Part shown: positions 9,034-17,853 of the stretch, in pieces | How the letters are laid out: each line of letters starts with the position of its first letter | Position numbering within the stretch: position 1 is the first letter of the stretch | Source of the DNA: Bacteroidia bacterium | Lineage (GTDB): Bacteria > Bacteroidota > Bacteroidia > Bacteroidales > GWF2-35-48 | Assembly: GCA_016212695.1 (NCBI GenBank) | Contig: JACREX010000048.1 | Location: 5,984-69,983, forward strand | Direction: 5' to 3' | Length of the DNA: 64,000 nt | Position numbers and translations under genes: made by a program | The notes under the pieces: generated by a model | What the model was told of the DNA's origin: nothing | The model's database searches: none | Seen by the model: only the letters and a program-made list of their open reading frames with translations

Positions 9034-10299
9034 ATGGTGAGATTAAAATATGAGTCCCCTCCGAAAAGTTCAAATGCTGAAAATCCGCTTTGCCCCAACC
9101 CTAAAGGGAGGCTGATTTTCAGCGACTTCCCTTTAGGGATTAAGGGCAAAAAGTCGCTGAAATCATTAAATACGACTTTTCGGAGGGGACTCAAATATAT
9201 AACCCTGATTATTTTTTTCCTTACAAGGACTACCCCGTTCTTTTCTCAGACATCTACCAATTGGCCGATTTATCGGGGCGATAATTCTCTGACAGGAAAT
9301 ACGCAATGTAAAATACCGGAGGGAATGAAGATCCTTTGGTCGTATAAGACGGGCGGAGAAATAAAATCATCTCCCGTGATCAGCGACAACACGATTTTTA
9401 TCGGATCAACCGATGGAAATTTATATGCCCTGAATAAGAACGGATCGCTTAAATGGAAATTTAATACCAAAGTCGCTATTGAGGCTCCGCCGGTGTATAT
9501 AAACCAATTGGTTATTGTCGGAAATCTTGAGGGAACCGTGTATGCTGTCAATGCTGCAACCGGGAAACAAGCCTGGACATATAAAACAGACGGGCAGGTG
9601 AGCGGTTCTGTGAACTGGATTGATATCAATGAGAAAATTCAAATCCTGATACCCAGTTACGACTATGCAATACATTGCGTAAATCTCACGGATGGAAAAT
9701 TAGTCTGGAAATGCGAAACAAATAATTACCTGAATGGAGCGCCAACCACCGACAACAAAAATATTATCATCGGCGGCTGCGATGCAAAAGTTCATATCAT
9801 CAATGCAAAAACCGGGAAGGAAATTGGCGGTGTGGATGCTGGAACATATATTGCTGTTTCTTCTGCGTTATCAGGAAACTACGCTTATATGGGAGATTAT
9901 GATGGAAATTTTTTATGTGTTGACATTATCAATAAAAAAATTGTATGGAAAAAAGAAACTTCGCAAAACGCCCCGTTTTTATCATCGCCTGCAGTTACAA
10001 AAGATAAAGTTATTGCCGGGTCGCACGATAAAAAAGTATATTGCTTTGATAAAAAAAACGGCAAGGTTTTATGGACATTTCAGACCCTTGGAAAGATTGA
10101 AAGTTCACCCGTCATTTCAAATGACAGGGTTTTAATTTGTTCTAAAGACGGATGGATCAGAATTCTGTCTTTAACTAACGGAAAAGAAATCCAAAAGTAT
10201 GAATTGGGTGTGGCAATAACGTGTACGCCGGCTGTTATTGATAATTTAATAGTTGTTGGAGCCGCGGATGGCAAGGTGTATGCATTAGGAAAAAAATGA
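9034..10299 (+). CDS. Secreted PQQ-like beta-propeller repeat protein whose signal peptide is interrupted by a 147-nt in-frame insertion
   Basis: Repeated motifs (IKSSPVISDNTIFIGSTDGNLYAL, IESSPVISNDRVLICSKDGWIRIL, ITCTPAVIDNLIVVGAADGKVYAL). ATG at 9034 is the only in-frame ATG upstream of the h-region ITLIIFFL. Codons 7-55 are encoded by the inverted-repeat element. Confidence 0.7.
   Translation: MVRLKYESPPKSSNAENPLCPNPKGRLIFSDFPLGIKGKKSLKSLNTTFRRGLKYITLIIFFLTRTTPFFSQTSTNWPIYRGDNSLTGNTQCKIPEGMKILWSYKTGGEIKSSPVISDNTIFIGSTDGNLYALNKNGSLKWKFNTKVAIEAPPVYINQLVIVGNLEGTVYAVNAATGKQAWTYKTDGQVSGSVNWIDINEKIQILIPSYDYAIHCVNLTDGKLVWKCETNNYLNGAPTTDNKNIIIGGCDAKVHIINAKTGKEIGGVDAGTYIAVSSALSGNYAYMGDYDGNFLCVDIINKKIVWKKETSQNAPFLSSPAVTKDKVIAGSHDKKVYCFDKKNGKVLWTFQTLGKIESSPVISNDRVLICSKDGWIRILSLTNGKEIQKYELGVAITCTPAVIDNLIVVGAADGKVYALGKK
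9052..9192. mobile_element. MITE-like palindromic element: 18-bp perfect terminal inverted repeats, flanked by AAATAT direct repeats
   Basis: GAGTCCCCTCCGAAAAGT (9052-9069) is the exact reverse complement of ACTTTTCGGAGGGGACTC (9175-9192). AAATAT occurs at 9046-9051 and 9193-9198. Internal 11-bp stems: 9099-9109/9128-9138 and 9118-9128/9151-9161. Confidence 0.6.
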
Positions 10300-10435
10300 T
10301 AATGGTATGATGTTATGGCAAAATTATAATGGAGAATCTAATGAATGTATAATTGAATATGCTTGCCTGCGGTAAGCAGGGAAAATGTAAGCGGCAAATT
10401 TTAGTGGTCTGCAGAACACATTTCAACAAGCGCAG

Positions 10436-13228
10436 TCAGGGTAATAATTTATTCCTTAAAAATTTTCCCGTATACGATTTTTCGCATTTTGCCAGGTCTT
10501 CGGGAAGGCCCTCGAATACAACTGAACCTCCTTCGTTTCCTCCTTCAGGGCCAAGGTCAATTACCCAGTCGGCAGATTTAATAACCTCCGGGTTATGTTC
10601 AATTATAACTACCGTGTGTCCCTTTTTTATCAGGGCGTTGAGTGCGTCGAGCAATTTCCGAATATCATGAAAATGCAGGCCGGTGGTGGGTTCGTCGAAA
10701 ATAAACAGGCTGGGTTCCTGTTTGTCTTTCCCAAGGAAAGAAGCAAGTTTCACGCGCTGGCTTTCCCCTCCGCTAAGCGTGCTCGACGATTGCCCCAGCT
10801 TAACATATCCCATGCCCACATCTGCGAGAGCCTGCAGCTTTTCAATAATTTTCTTTTCAGTATGTTCTTTGCTTTGTGAGAACAAAATAATAGCTTCGTC
10901 AATAGTAAGGTTCAGGATATCAAAAATACTGTGACCGTAATATTTCACATCTAATATTTCTTCTTTAAAACGCTGCCCCTTGCAGCTTTCGCACACTAAG
11001 TGGACATCAGCCATAAACTGCATCTCTACGGTGATAATGCCTTCTCCCTGGCATTCCTCGCACCTGCCTCCGTCAATATTAAAAGAAAAATGCGACTGCG
11101 TGAAACCGTTCAGCTTCGATAATTTTTGGTATGCAAATAGCTTTCTGATTTCATCGTACGCTTTAATATAGGTTACCGGATTGGAACGCGACGATTTTCC
11201 GATTGGGTTCTGGTCAATAAACTCTATATCTTTTATTAGATGAGTGTCTCCCTTGATGATACTGAAATGGCCTGTTTTTTCTCCATATCCGCCATACAAT
11301 TTTTTCAGGGCGGGATACAATATTTTTTTCACCAATGATGATTTTCCCGAACCGCTCACGCCGCTGATTACAGTAAATGTGTTCAATGGGAATTTAACAT
11401 TAATACCCTTCAGATTGTTTTCCCGTGCGCCCTGGATTTCTATATAATTATTCCATTTGCGGCGATGATGGGGTATGGCTATTTTTTCATTTCCACACAG
11501 GTATTTTGCCGTTAATCCATTACTGTTTTTTATCAAGGAATCTATGGTACCCTGAAAGACGATCTCGCCTCCCAGCCGTCCGGCCTGGGGCCCGATATCT
11601 ATTATCTCATCGCCGGAACGGATGATCTCTTCGTCGTGTTCGACCACTATAACAGTATTCCCGATATTTCGCAGTTGTTTCAGAACTTTGATCAGCAGGT
11701 GCGTATCCCTTGGATGCAGGCCGATGCTTGGTTCATCAAGCACATAGAGCGAACCCACAAGGCTGCTGCCTAGCGATGTAGCCAGGTTTATACGCTGAGA
11801 TTCCCCTCCTGAAAGTGTAGATGAAAGCCGGTTCAATGTGAGGTAGCTTAATCCGACATCTATTAAAAACTGCAGCCTGCTGCGGATTTCGATCAGGATA
11901 CGTTTTGATACGCCCGTCTCAAATTCCGATAATTTAAGATTATTAATAAACTCTGCTAATCGGGCTATCGGCATCAGAACCAGTTCTTGTATGGGTTTAT
12001 CATTTATTTTAACATACGAAGCCTCCTTCTTTAACCTTGTTCCGCCACACTGCGGGCAGACAGTTTTTCCCTGGTAACGGGACAACATCACGCGGAACTG
12101 TATCTTATATTTTTTCTCTTCGAGATATTGAAAAAATTCGTTCAGACCATTGAAATACCGGTTGCCTCTCCAGAGAAGCCGCTTTTGATCTTCGGTTAAT
12201 TCATAAAAGGGTTTGTGAATAGGGAAATTGAATTTTGAAGCGTTGAATACAAGATTGTTCTTCCACTCTTCCATTACCTCTCCTTTCCAGCAGGCAACGG
12301 CATCTTCGTAAACAGATAAATTTTTGTTCGGGATCACAAGGTCTTCATCAATTCCGATTGTTTTTCCGAAGCCTTCGCATACAGGGCAGGCGCCTATCGG
12401 GTTATTAAAACTGAATATATGTTCGGATGGAATTTCAAATGTGATACCGTCGGATTCAAATTTGTTTGAGAAAAGTTCCGACCCGGTTTTTTTGTTATCC
12501 GCAATTCGTACGATACAATGTCCTTTACCTTCAAAAAAGGCAGTTTCAATACTATCCGACATGCGGCTTATTGTATCTTCATCTTCTTTTACTTTAAAAC
12601 GGTCTATTAAAATATTTACCGTATTCAGGATATTTTCAGGGTATTTATTTTTTAAGGCATCGCTTAACTCAACTATTTCGTTATTGATTTCAACTCTTGA
12701 AAACCCTTGTTTTATCAATAAGCTGAGGATTTCCTTTACGCTTCTTTTCCTTTCATTCAAAACAGGAGCCAGTACTAAAATTTTAGTTTCTGCCGGAAAT
12801 GAAAAAATATATTTTAATACATCTTTTACCGAATGTTGTTTTACTTCTTTTCCTGACACCGGAGAAAAAGTCTTACCGATCCTTGCATACAGGAGTTTCA
12901 GGTAATCGTATATTTCTGTCGAAGTTCCGACAGTAGACCGGGGATTATGCGTGTTTACTCTTTGCTGAATGGCGATAGCCGGAGGAATACCTTTGATAAA
13001 ATCAACTTCAGGTTTGTTTATTTTTTCAAGGAACTGCCGGGTGTAAGACGAAAGGCTTTCAACGTATCTGCGTTGGCCTTCGGCATACAGCGTATCAAAT
13101 GCCATGGAAGATTTTCCTGAACCGGAGAGACCTGTAAAAACGATAAGTTTATTATGCGGAATCGAGAGATTAATATTTTTTAAATTATTTACTCTTGCTC
13201 CTTTAATATGTATGTATCCTGATTCCAT
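10436..13228 (-). CDS. uvrA: Excinuclease ABC subunit A
   Basis: 930 aa. Two ABC modules: Walker A GLSGSGKSS and GVSGSGKSS, signature LSGGESQR twice. Zinc-finger motifs CPVCEGFG, CPQCGGTR, CEECQGEG, CESCKGQR. Confidence 0.97.
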   Translation of the reverse strand: MESGYIHIKGARVNNLKNINLSIPHNKLIVFTGLSGSGKSSMAFDTLYAEGQRRYVESLSSYTRQFLEKINKPEVDFIKGIPPAIAIQQRVNTHNPRSTVGTSTEIYDYLKLLYARIGKTFSPVSGKEVKQHSVKDVLKYIFSFPAETKILVLAPVLNERKRSVKEILSLLIKQGFSRVEINNEIVELSDALKNKYPENILNTVNILIDRFKVKEDEDTISRMSDSIETAFFEGKGHCIVRIADNKKTGSELFSNKFESDGITFEIPSEHIFSFNNPIGACPVCEGFGKTIGIDEDLVIPNKNLSVYEDAVACWKGEVMEEWKNNLVFNASKFNFPIHKPFYELTEDQKRLLWRGNRYFNGLNEFFQYLEEKKYKIQFRVMLSRYQGKTVCPQCGGTRLKKEASYVKINDKPIQELVLMPIARLAEFINNLKLSEFETGVSKRILIEIRSRLQFLIDVGLSYLTLNRLSSTLSGGESQRINLATSLGSSLVGSLYVLDEPSIGLHPRDTHLLIKVLKQLRNIGNTVIVVEHDEEIIRSGDEIIDIGPQAGRLGGEIVFQGTIDSLIKNSNGLTAKYLCGNEKIAIPHHRRKWNNYIEIQGARENNLKGINVKFPLNTFTVISGVSGSGKSSLVKKILYPALKKLYGGYGEKTGHFSIIKGDTHLIKDIEFIDQNPIGKSSRSNPVTYIKAYDEIRKLFAYQKLSKLNGFTQSHFSFNIDGGRCEECQGEGIITVEMQFMADVHLVCESCKGQRFKEEILDVKYYGHSIFDILNLTIDEAIILFSQSKEHTEKKIIEKLQALADVGMGYVKLGQSSSTLSGGESQRVKLASFLGKDKQEPSLFIFDEPTTGLHFHDIRKLLDALNALIKKGHTVVIIEHNPEVIKSADWVIDLGPEGGNEGGSVVFEGLPEDLAKCEKSYTGKFLRNKLLP

Positions 13229-13242
13229 TTTTTTTGAATCCG

Positions 13243-13250
13243 CAAAATTA
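13243..13250 (-). promoter_or_regulatory. Bacteroidota -7 promoter box (TAATTTTG on the minus strand) upstream of uvrA
   Basis: Plus-strand CAAAATTA is TAATTTTG on the minus strand and matches the TAnnTTTG consensus. It lies about 15 nt upstream of the uvrA ATG. Confidence 0.4.
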
Positions 13251-13424
13251 GAGAAATTTTTTCTTTTTATTTTGTTGCCGAGCCTTTTTATCTGCTTAAT
13301 TTTTCAAATAGGTAAAATATTGTTTTATACTTCAACTATTCAGATTTGCTTTTTCTTGCAAACCTGAATGCTCAGCATAACTGAATCTAAACATTTTTGC
13401 ATTTGCAAACCTGCAAAGATTCAG

Positions 13425-13432
13425 TATATTTG
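13425..13432 (+). promoter_or_regulatory. Bacteroidota -7 promoter box (TATATTTG) upstream of the methyltransferase gene
   Basis: Matches TAnnTTTG. It lies 13 nt upstream of the ATG at 13445, which supports that start over the listed 13397. Confidence 0.4.
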
Positions 13433-13444
13433 CGCAAAATTAAC

Positions 13445-14176
13445 ATGGCAATGAATTTTATAAAGAAGGTCATTAAATCCATACTCTGGATACTTCATGC
13501 CGATATAACTAAAAACCAGAAGTATGACCGGCTTACCTATAACATCATGAAAAAAGTTATTAAACCGGGTTCAAACTGTATTGATATTGGTTGTCATAAA
13601 GGAGAGATGCTCGACCTGATGCTTAAATTTTCTCCGCAGGGAATGCATTATGCTTTTGAGCCCATACCAGAAATGTTTCATGCCCTGGTAGAAAAATATT
13701 CAAAAACCAATTGCAGGATTTTCAAGATTGGCCTCAGTGATTCCAAGGGAGAGGCAGATTTTCATTATGTTGTAAATGCCCCTGCTTACAGCGGTTTTAG
13801 AAAACGCAGGTATGCTGTTAAAAAAGTTGAAATTTCAAAAATCATTGTGAAAAAAGACAGGTTAGATAATATTTTACCTAAAGATTTAAAAATTTCGTTT
13901 GTAAAAATTGATGTTGAAGGAGCCGAACTGGAAGTATTAAAAGGAGGTATTGAAACCATCAGAAGATGCCGGCCTGTGATTATTTTCGAGCATGGCCTTG
14001 GCGCATCCGATCATTACGGCACTACGCCGGAAGATATTTACAATCTTTTTACGAACGGCTGCAATATGAAAGTATCGCTGATGGACAGGTGGCTGAATAA
14101 TCAGGATTCTCTCACCAAACAGGAATTTTCAGAACAATTCGGCAAGGGAATTAATTATTATTTTATTGCTTATTAA
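13445..14176 (+). CDS. FkbM-family SAM-dependent methyltransferase
   Basis: DIGCHKGE SAM-binding loop and the family-typical VKIDVEGAELEVLKG motif. Start placed at ATG 13445 (MAMNFIKK..) downstream of the promoter box. Confidence 0.8.
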   Translation: MAMNFIKKVIKSILWILHADITKNQKYDRLTYNIMKKVIKPGSNCIDIGCHKGEMLDLMLKFSPQGMHYAFEPIPEMFHALVEKYSKTNCRIFKIGLSDSKGEADFHYVVNAPAYSGFRKRRYAVKKVEISKIIVKKDRLDNILPKDLKISFVKIDVEGAELEVLKGGIETIRRCRPVIIFEHGLGASDHYGTTPEDIYNLFTNGCNMKVSLMDRWLNNQDSLTKQEFSEQFGKGINYYFIAY

Positions 14177-14255
14177 ACAAAGGAGCCGTCAGTCATCCGT
14201 CATCGGTCATCAATCAATAGTCGGTAAATTTATTTTTTCAATAAGATATTTTTCC

Positions 14256-14263
14256 TATTTTTG
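14256..14263 (+). promoter_or_regulatory. Bacteroidota -7 promoter box (TATTTTTG)
   Basis: Matches TAnnTTTG, 20 nt upstream of the ATG at 14284. Confidence 0.4.
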
Positions 14264-14283
14264 AGGCCTTTAATTAAAAAGAG

Positions 14284-15294
14284 ATGGGAGATAAAACAGA
14301 TCAGGAATATAATTTCAACACAAATGATTTATTAATTTATATTAATAAAAACAAACAGCCGCTTTTCATTATTACGGTTGCCGCTTTTGTAATCTCAACA
14401 GTGGTATCTCTTCTCCTTACACCCCAATATAAATCCACCGCCATTATTTTTCCGACAGCCACTACGTCTATTTCAAATTCTTTACTCAGCTTGAATTTAC
14501 CCAAGAAAGAAATATTAAATTTCGGGAAGGAAGAGGAAGTGGAACAGATGCTGCAGGTATTGCAATCGGATGAGATCGAAAATAGGATCGTCCGGAAATA
14601 TGACCTTATGAGGCATTATAAGATAACATCCAGATATCCACGCACTGCATTAGATGAAGAATATAAAGACAATATTACATTTATCAGAACGCCTTATTTA
14701 TCCATTGAGATTGAAGTTTACGACCGCGATCCGCAAACTGCAGCCGATATTGCAAACGACATTGCCGCCTTAGTGGATACTACGATTAATAATATGCTTA
14801 AAGAACGCGCCCAGAAAGCATTCATGCTGGTTGAAAAAGAGTATTTTTCTTTAAAAGCCCGTAAACAGGCATTGGAGGATTCATTAAAGAGGATCCAACA
14901 AAAAGGGATATCGCATTACGAATATCAGTCGCAGGCGTTAAACGAAGCGTTGGGAAAGGCCATTGCCGATGGAAAAACGAACGGCGCCGAACAGATTGAC
15001 AAACGGCTAAAAATACTCGCAGAATATGGAGCCGCGTATGTTTCTATCAGGGATTTATTAGAAAAAGAAACAGAAAAGCAGGCAAACTTAGAATCAAAAT
15101 TTTCTGAAGCCAAAGTGGACGCAGAGCAGAATTTACCTCATAAATTTGTTGTAAACAAAGCGATAAAAGCCGAGAAGAGCAGTTACCCGATCGAATGGCT
15201 GATTATTTGTATAAGTACGGTCTCTGCCTTTTTACTTGGATTTCTGATTTTAATACTGTTCGACAAAGTAAAAAAAAAACGCTCGTTGAATTAA
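14284..15294 (+). CDS. Polysaccharide chain-length-determinant (Wzz/GumC-like) protein
   Basis: Bitopic topology: TM near the N-terminus (LFIITVAAFVISTVVSLLL) and at the C-terminus (WLIICISTVSAFLLGFLILILF). Coiled-coil-rich middle region. Paralogous to the next ORF. Confidence 0.55.
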   Translation: MGDKTDQEYNFNTNDLLIYINKNKQPLFIITVAAFVISTVVSLLLTPQYKSTAIIFPTATTSISNSLLSLNLPKKEILNFGKEEEVEQMLQVLQSDEIENRIVRKYDLMRHYKITSRYPRTALDEEYKDNITFIRTPYLSIEIEVYDRDPQTAADIANDIAALVDTTINNMLKERAQKAFMLVEKEYFSLKARKQALEDSLKRIQQKGISHYEYQSQALNEALGKAIADGKTNGAEQIDKRLKILAEYGAAYVSIRDLLEKETEKQANLESKFSEAKVDAEQNLPHKFVVNKAIKAEKSSYPIEWLIICISTVSAFLLGFLILILFDKVKKKRSLN

Positions 15295-15347
15295 AAACCA
15301 TTTCCATCAGGGTTGAAGAGTCATTTAATAATTTTAATTACGATAAT

Positions 15348-16292
15348 ATGGAAGCATTTTTTAACAATAAGAGTATTTTCATGATAATGAATAAATGGAA
15401 AGCTCACCTTATAATTGTTGCCGTTGCAGCGATTCTTTTAAGCGCCATAGTGTCTTTTCTGATTAAACCTAAATTCAGGTCGTTTGCATACCTATACCCG
15501 ATAAATCTTCCAACCCTTTCTGAAGAGTCCAAGACCGAGCAGATGCTTCAGATCATCCAATCCATGGATATAAAGAAAAAATTATATAAAGCGCTAAACC
15601 TTGGAAAGCACTATGAACTGGATTCAACGTCAAAATATTATTTTTCATATTTGAATGATGAATTTGAAAACAATGTTTCTTTTACAAAGACTGAATTTGA
15701 AGGTGTGGGCGTTGAGGTGTATGATACGGACCCCTATACGGCATGCAATATCATTGATTCAATTATAAAGTTTTATAACGATAAAGTGGAAGCATTGCAT
15801 AAAAAGAAAAATTATGAAATGGTCTTTATAAAAGGTAAAGAATTGAAGAGAAAAAGAACAGAAATTGACTCGCTGGAACGGCTTCAGCGCGATCTCAGGA
15901 TAAAATACGGAGTTATTGATTTCGACGCCCAGGCAAAGGAACTCACGCGCGGGTATATGAATATGCTTATGGTTGGCAAGAAGGGAGGAGAAACAGGCAG
16001 AGAGGTTGATACGCTGATGAGAAATTTAAAGGAAAAGGGCGGCGATCTTTTAAGTTTGCGGTCGGTTATCTGGGCCGCTTATGACCAGTTACGTGTCATA
16101 AAAGACGAATATGATAAAAATTTTACGGAAGTTCAGAAAAAAATTACCTATTCTTTGATCGTCAGCACGCCTTATCCTGCAGATAAAAAATCATATCCCA
16201 TCCGGTGGCTCATTGTTGTAGGGTCAACCCTTGGGGCGCTTATCATTGCATTTATTGCTATTGCTTTTATAGAAAACCGTAAGAAAAACTAA
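15348..16292 (+). CDS. Polysaccharide chain-length-determinant-like protein (paralog of 14284..15294)
   Basis: Same N- and C-terminal TM layout. Shared C-terminal motif (KSYPIRWLIVVGSTLGA vs SSYPIEWLIICISTVSA). Start moved to ATG 15348 (MEAFFNNK..) to remove the 100-nt overlap of the listed 15195 start. Confidence 0.55.
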   Translation: MEAFFNNKSIFMIMNKWKAHLIIVAVAAILLSAIVSFLIKPKFRSFAYLYPINLPTLSEESKTEQMLQIIQSMDIKKKLYKALNLGKHYELDSTSKYYFSYLNDEFENNVSFTKTEFEGVGVEVYDTDPYTACNIIDSIIKFYNDKVEALHKKKNYEMVFIKGKELKRKRTEIDSLERLQRDLRIKYGVIDFDAQAKELTRGYMNMLMVGKKGGETGREVDTLMRNLKEKGGDLLSLRSVIWAAYDQLRVIKDEYDKNFTEVQKKITYSLIVSTPYPADKKSYPIRWLIVVGSTLGALIIAFIAIAFIENRKKN

Positions 16293-16306
16293 TCCGGATA
16301 CCATAA

Positions 16307-17773
16307 ATGGTTCCTAAAAATCTTTTATTAACCCTCCAGGATTTTAAGAAAGAAAAATGGTTTTACATCATTTCTGCCGCATTCATTATTATTAATATCA
16401 TAATGATGGCGCAGGCAAACTACTATTTCAACCTTGTTCCGTTTGCGCTGCTGATAATTCTTTATACAATATTTGCATTAGATAAACTCATATTTTTAAT
16501 TGTATTCTTTACACCCCTTTCTATTCCACTGAGAGAATTTTTACCACACACTTCCGTTGACATGAGCTTGCCGACAGAGCCTCTTTTATTTGGCGTAATG
16601 CTGTTGTTTTTATTTAAACTTTTAGTGGAGAAAAATTTTGATAAAAAAATACTGAAACATCCCGTATCCATTGTGATTTATCTGAATCTGACCTGGATAT
16701 TTATTACCAGCCTTACAAGCACCATGCCCTTAGTTTCTTTCAAGTTCTTTATTGCGAGATGCTGGTTTGTTGTGGTTTTCTACTTAATGGCTACATTGGT
16801 TTTTAAGAAATATAACTTTATTAAAACATATTTTTGGTGTTACATTATACCGATGATTTTTGTTATCGGATTCACGTTGTACAGATTATCCGGTTATGGT
16901 TTTTTTGACGAAAAAGCAGCTCACGAAGTGATGAATCCGATCTATAACGATCATACTTCATATGCGGCTGTGCTCGCTATGCTATGCCCGGTTCTTTTCG
17001 GTTTACTGTTTTACTCCGGATACCCCGTATATAAAAAAATAATTTCTTTTGCCGTGCTGGTAATATTTATTATTGCAATAATATTTTCTTATACGCGCGC
17101 ATCCTGGCTCAGCATGGCTGCTGCTTTGGCTTTTTGGATACTGTTAATGCTGAAAATAAAACTAAAGACTATATTTATATCCGCATTTATACTTATCGCC
17201 CTGTTTTTTGCTTTTAAAACCGAAATCGTAATGCGGCTCGAAAAAAACAGGCAGGATTCATCAACCAATTTAAAGGAGCATATTCAATCAATCTCCAATG
17301 TTACTTCAGATGCGTCGAATGTTGAGCGGTTAAACCGGTGGAGTTGCGCTATCAGGATGTTTGAGGCAAAACCGGTCTTCGGATGGGGGCCGGGAACTTA
17401 TATGTTCAAATATGCCCCATTCCAGTTGTCTTATGAAAAAACGATTATCAGCACAAATGCAGGTAACCGGGGGAACGCCCACAGTGAATATTTAGGCCCC
17501 TTATCCGAGTCAGGCCTGTTGGGAATGGTCACGTTTACATTAATTGTTTTATTTACAATTTATACAGGGGCTAAAGTATATCGCAATGCAATCAATAAAA
17601 AAATCAAGCTAATGGCTCTTATTTTAAATTTAAGCTTGGTTACTTATTATGTCCACGGTATCCTGAACAACTTCCTTGATACCGATAAAGCTTCGGCTTT
17701 GTTCTGGGGATTTACAGCAATGATAGTAGCGCTGGATATTTATCATAATAAATTATCAGAAACAGCAGCGTAG
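16307..17773 (+). CDS. O-antigen ligase/polymerase-like (Wzy_C family) membrane protein
   Basis: About 10-12 TM helices. Motif SYTRASWLSM followed by a large loop (NRWSCAIRMFEAKPVFGWGPGTY..HSEYLGPLSESGLLG), typical of O-antigen ligase-like proteins. Confidence 0.7.
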   Translation: MVPKNLLLTLQDFKKEKWFYIISAAFIIINIIMMAQANYYFNLVPFALLIILYTIFALDKLIFLIVFFTPLSIPLREFLPHTSVDMSLPTEPLLFGVMLLFLFKLLVEKNFDKKILKHPVSIVIYLNLTWIFITSLTSTMPLVSFKFFIARCWFVVVFYLMATLVFKKYNFIKTYFWCYIIPMIFVIGFTLYRLSGYGFFDEKAAHEVMNPIYNDHTSYAAVLAMLCPVLFGLLFYSGYPVYKKIISFAVLVIFIIAIIFSYTRASWLSMAAALAFWILLMLKIKLKTIFISAFILIALFFAFKTEIVMRLEKNRQDSSTNLKEHIQSISNVTSDASNVERLNRWSCAIRMFEAKPVFGWGPGTYMFKYAPFQLSYEKTIISTNAGNRGNAHSEYLGPLSESGLLGMVTFTLIVLFTIYTGAKVYRNAINKKIKLMALILNLSLVTYYVHGILNNFLDTDKASALFWGFTAMIVALDIYHNKLSETAA

Positions 17774-17853
17774 GCAAAAGATGCTGTTGTTAATACTCCT
17801 CCGGCGACCGAAGATCCGCAGAATTATACTGCCAATAGCTAAAAGCGCAAAAG

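Noticed and set aside
9734-10135. 133-aa alternative-frame ORF inside the propeller gene, and similar internal ORFs (2854-3156, 10353-10670).
   Set aside because: They are same-strand or overlapping frames within genes that have clear repeat or motif structure. Their compositions are biased (Lys/Arg/Leu-rich) and no motifs are present.
10362-10381. Hairpin-like CTTGCCTGCGGTAAGCAGGG between the convergent propeller gene and uvrA, considered as a terminator or a fourth copy of the 21-nt palindromic repeat.
   Set aside because: Only 5-bp stems can be drawn and no flanking T-run is present. Similarity to the 21-mer is partial. It is mentioned as a possible degenerate relative only.
15195-15347. 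Listed upstream start of the second Wzz-like ORF, which creates a 100-nt overlap with the first.
   Set aside because: The extra 51 residues have no counterpart in the paralog. ATG 15348 gives an N-terminus that aligns with the paralog's TM-proximal region.
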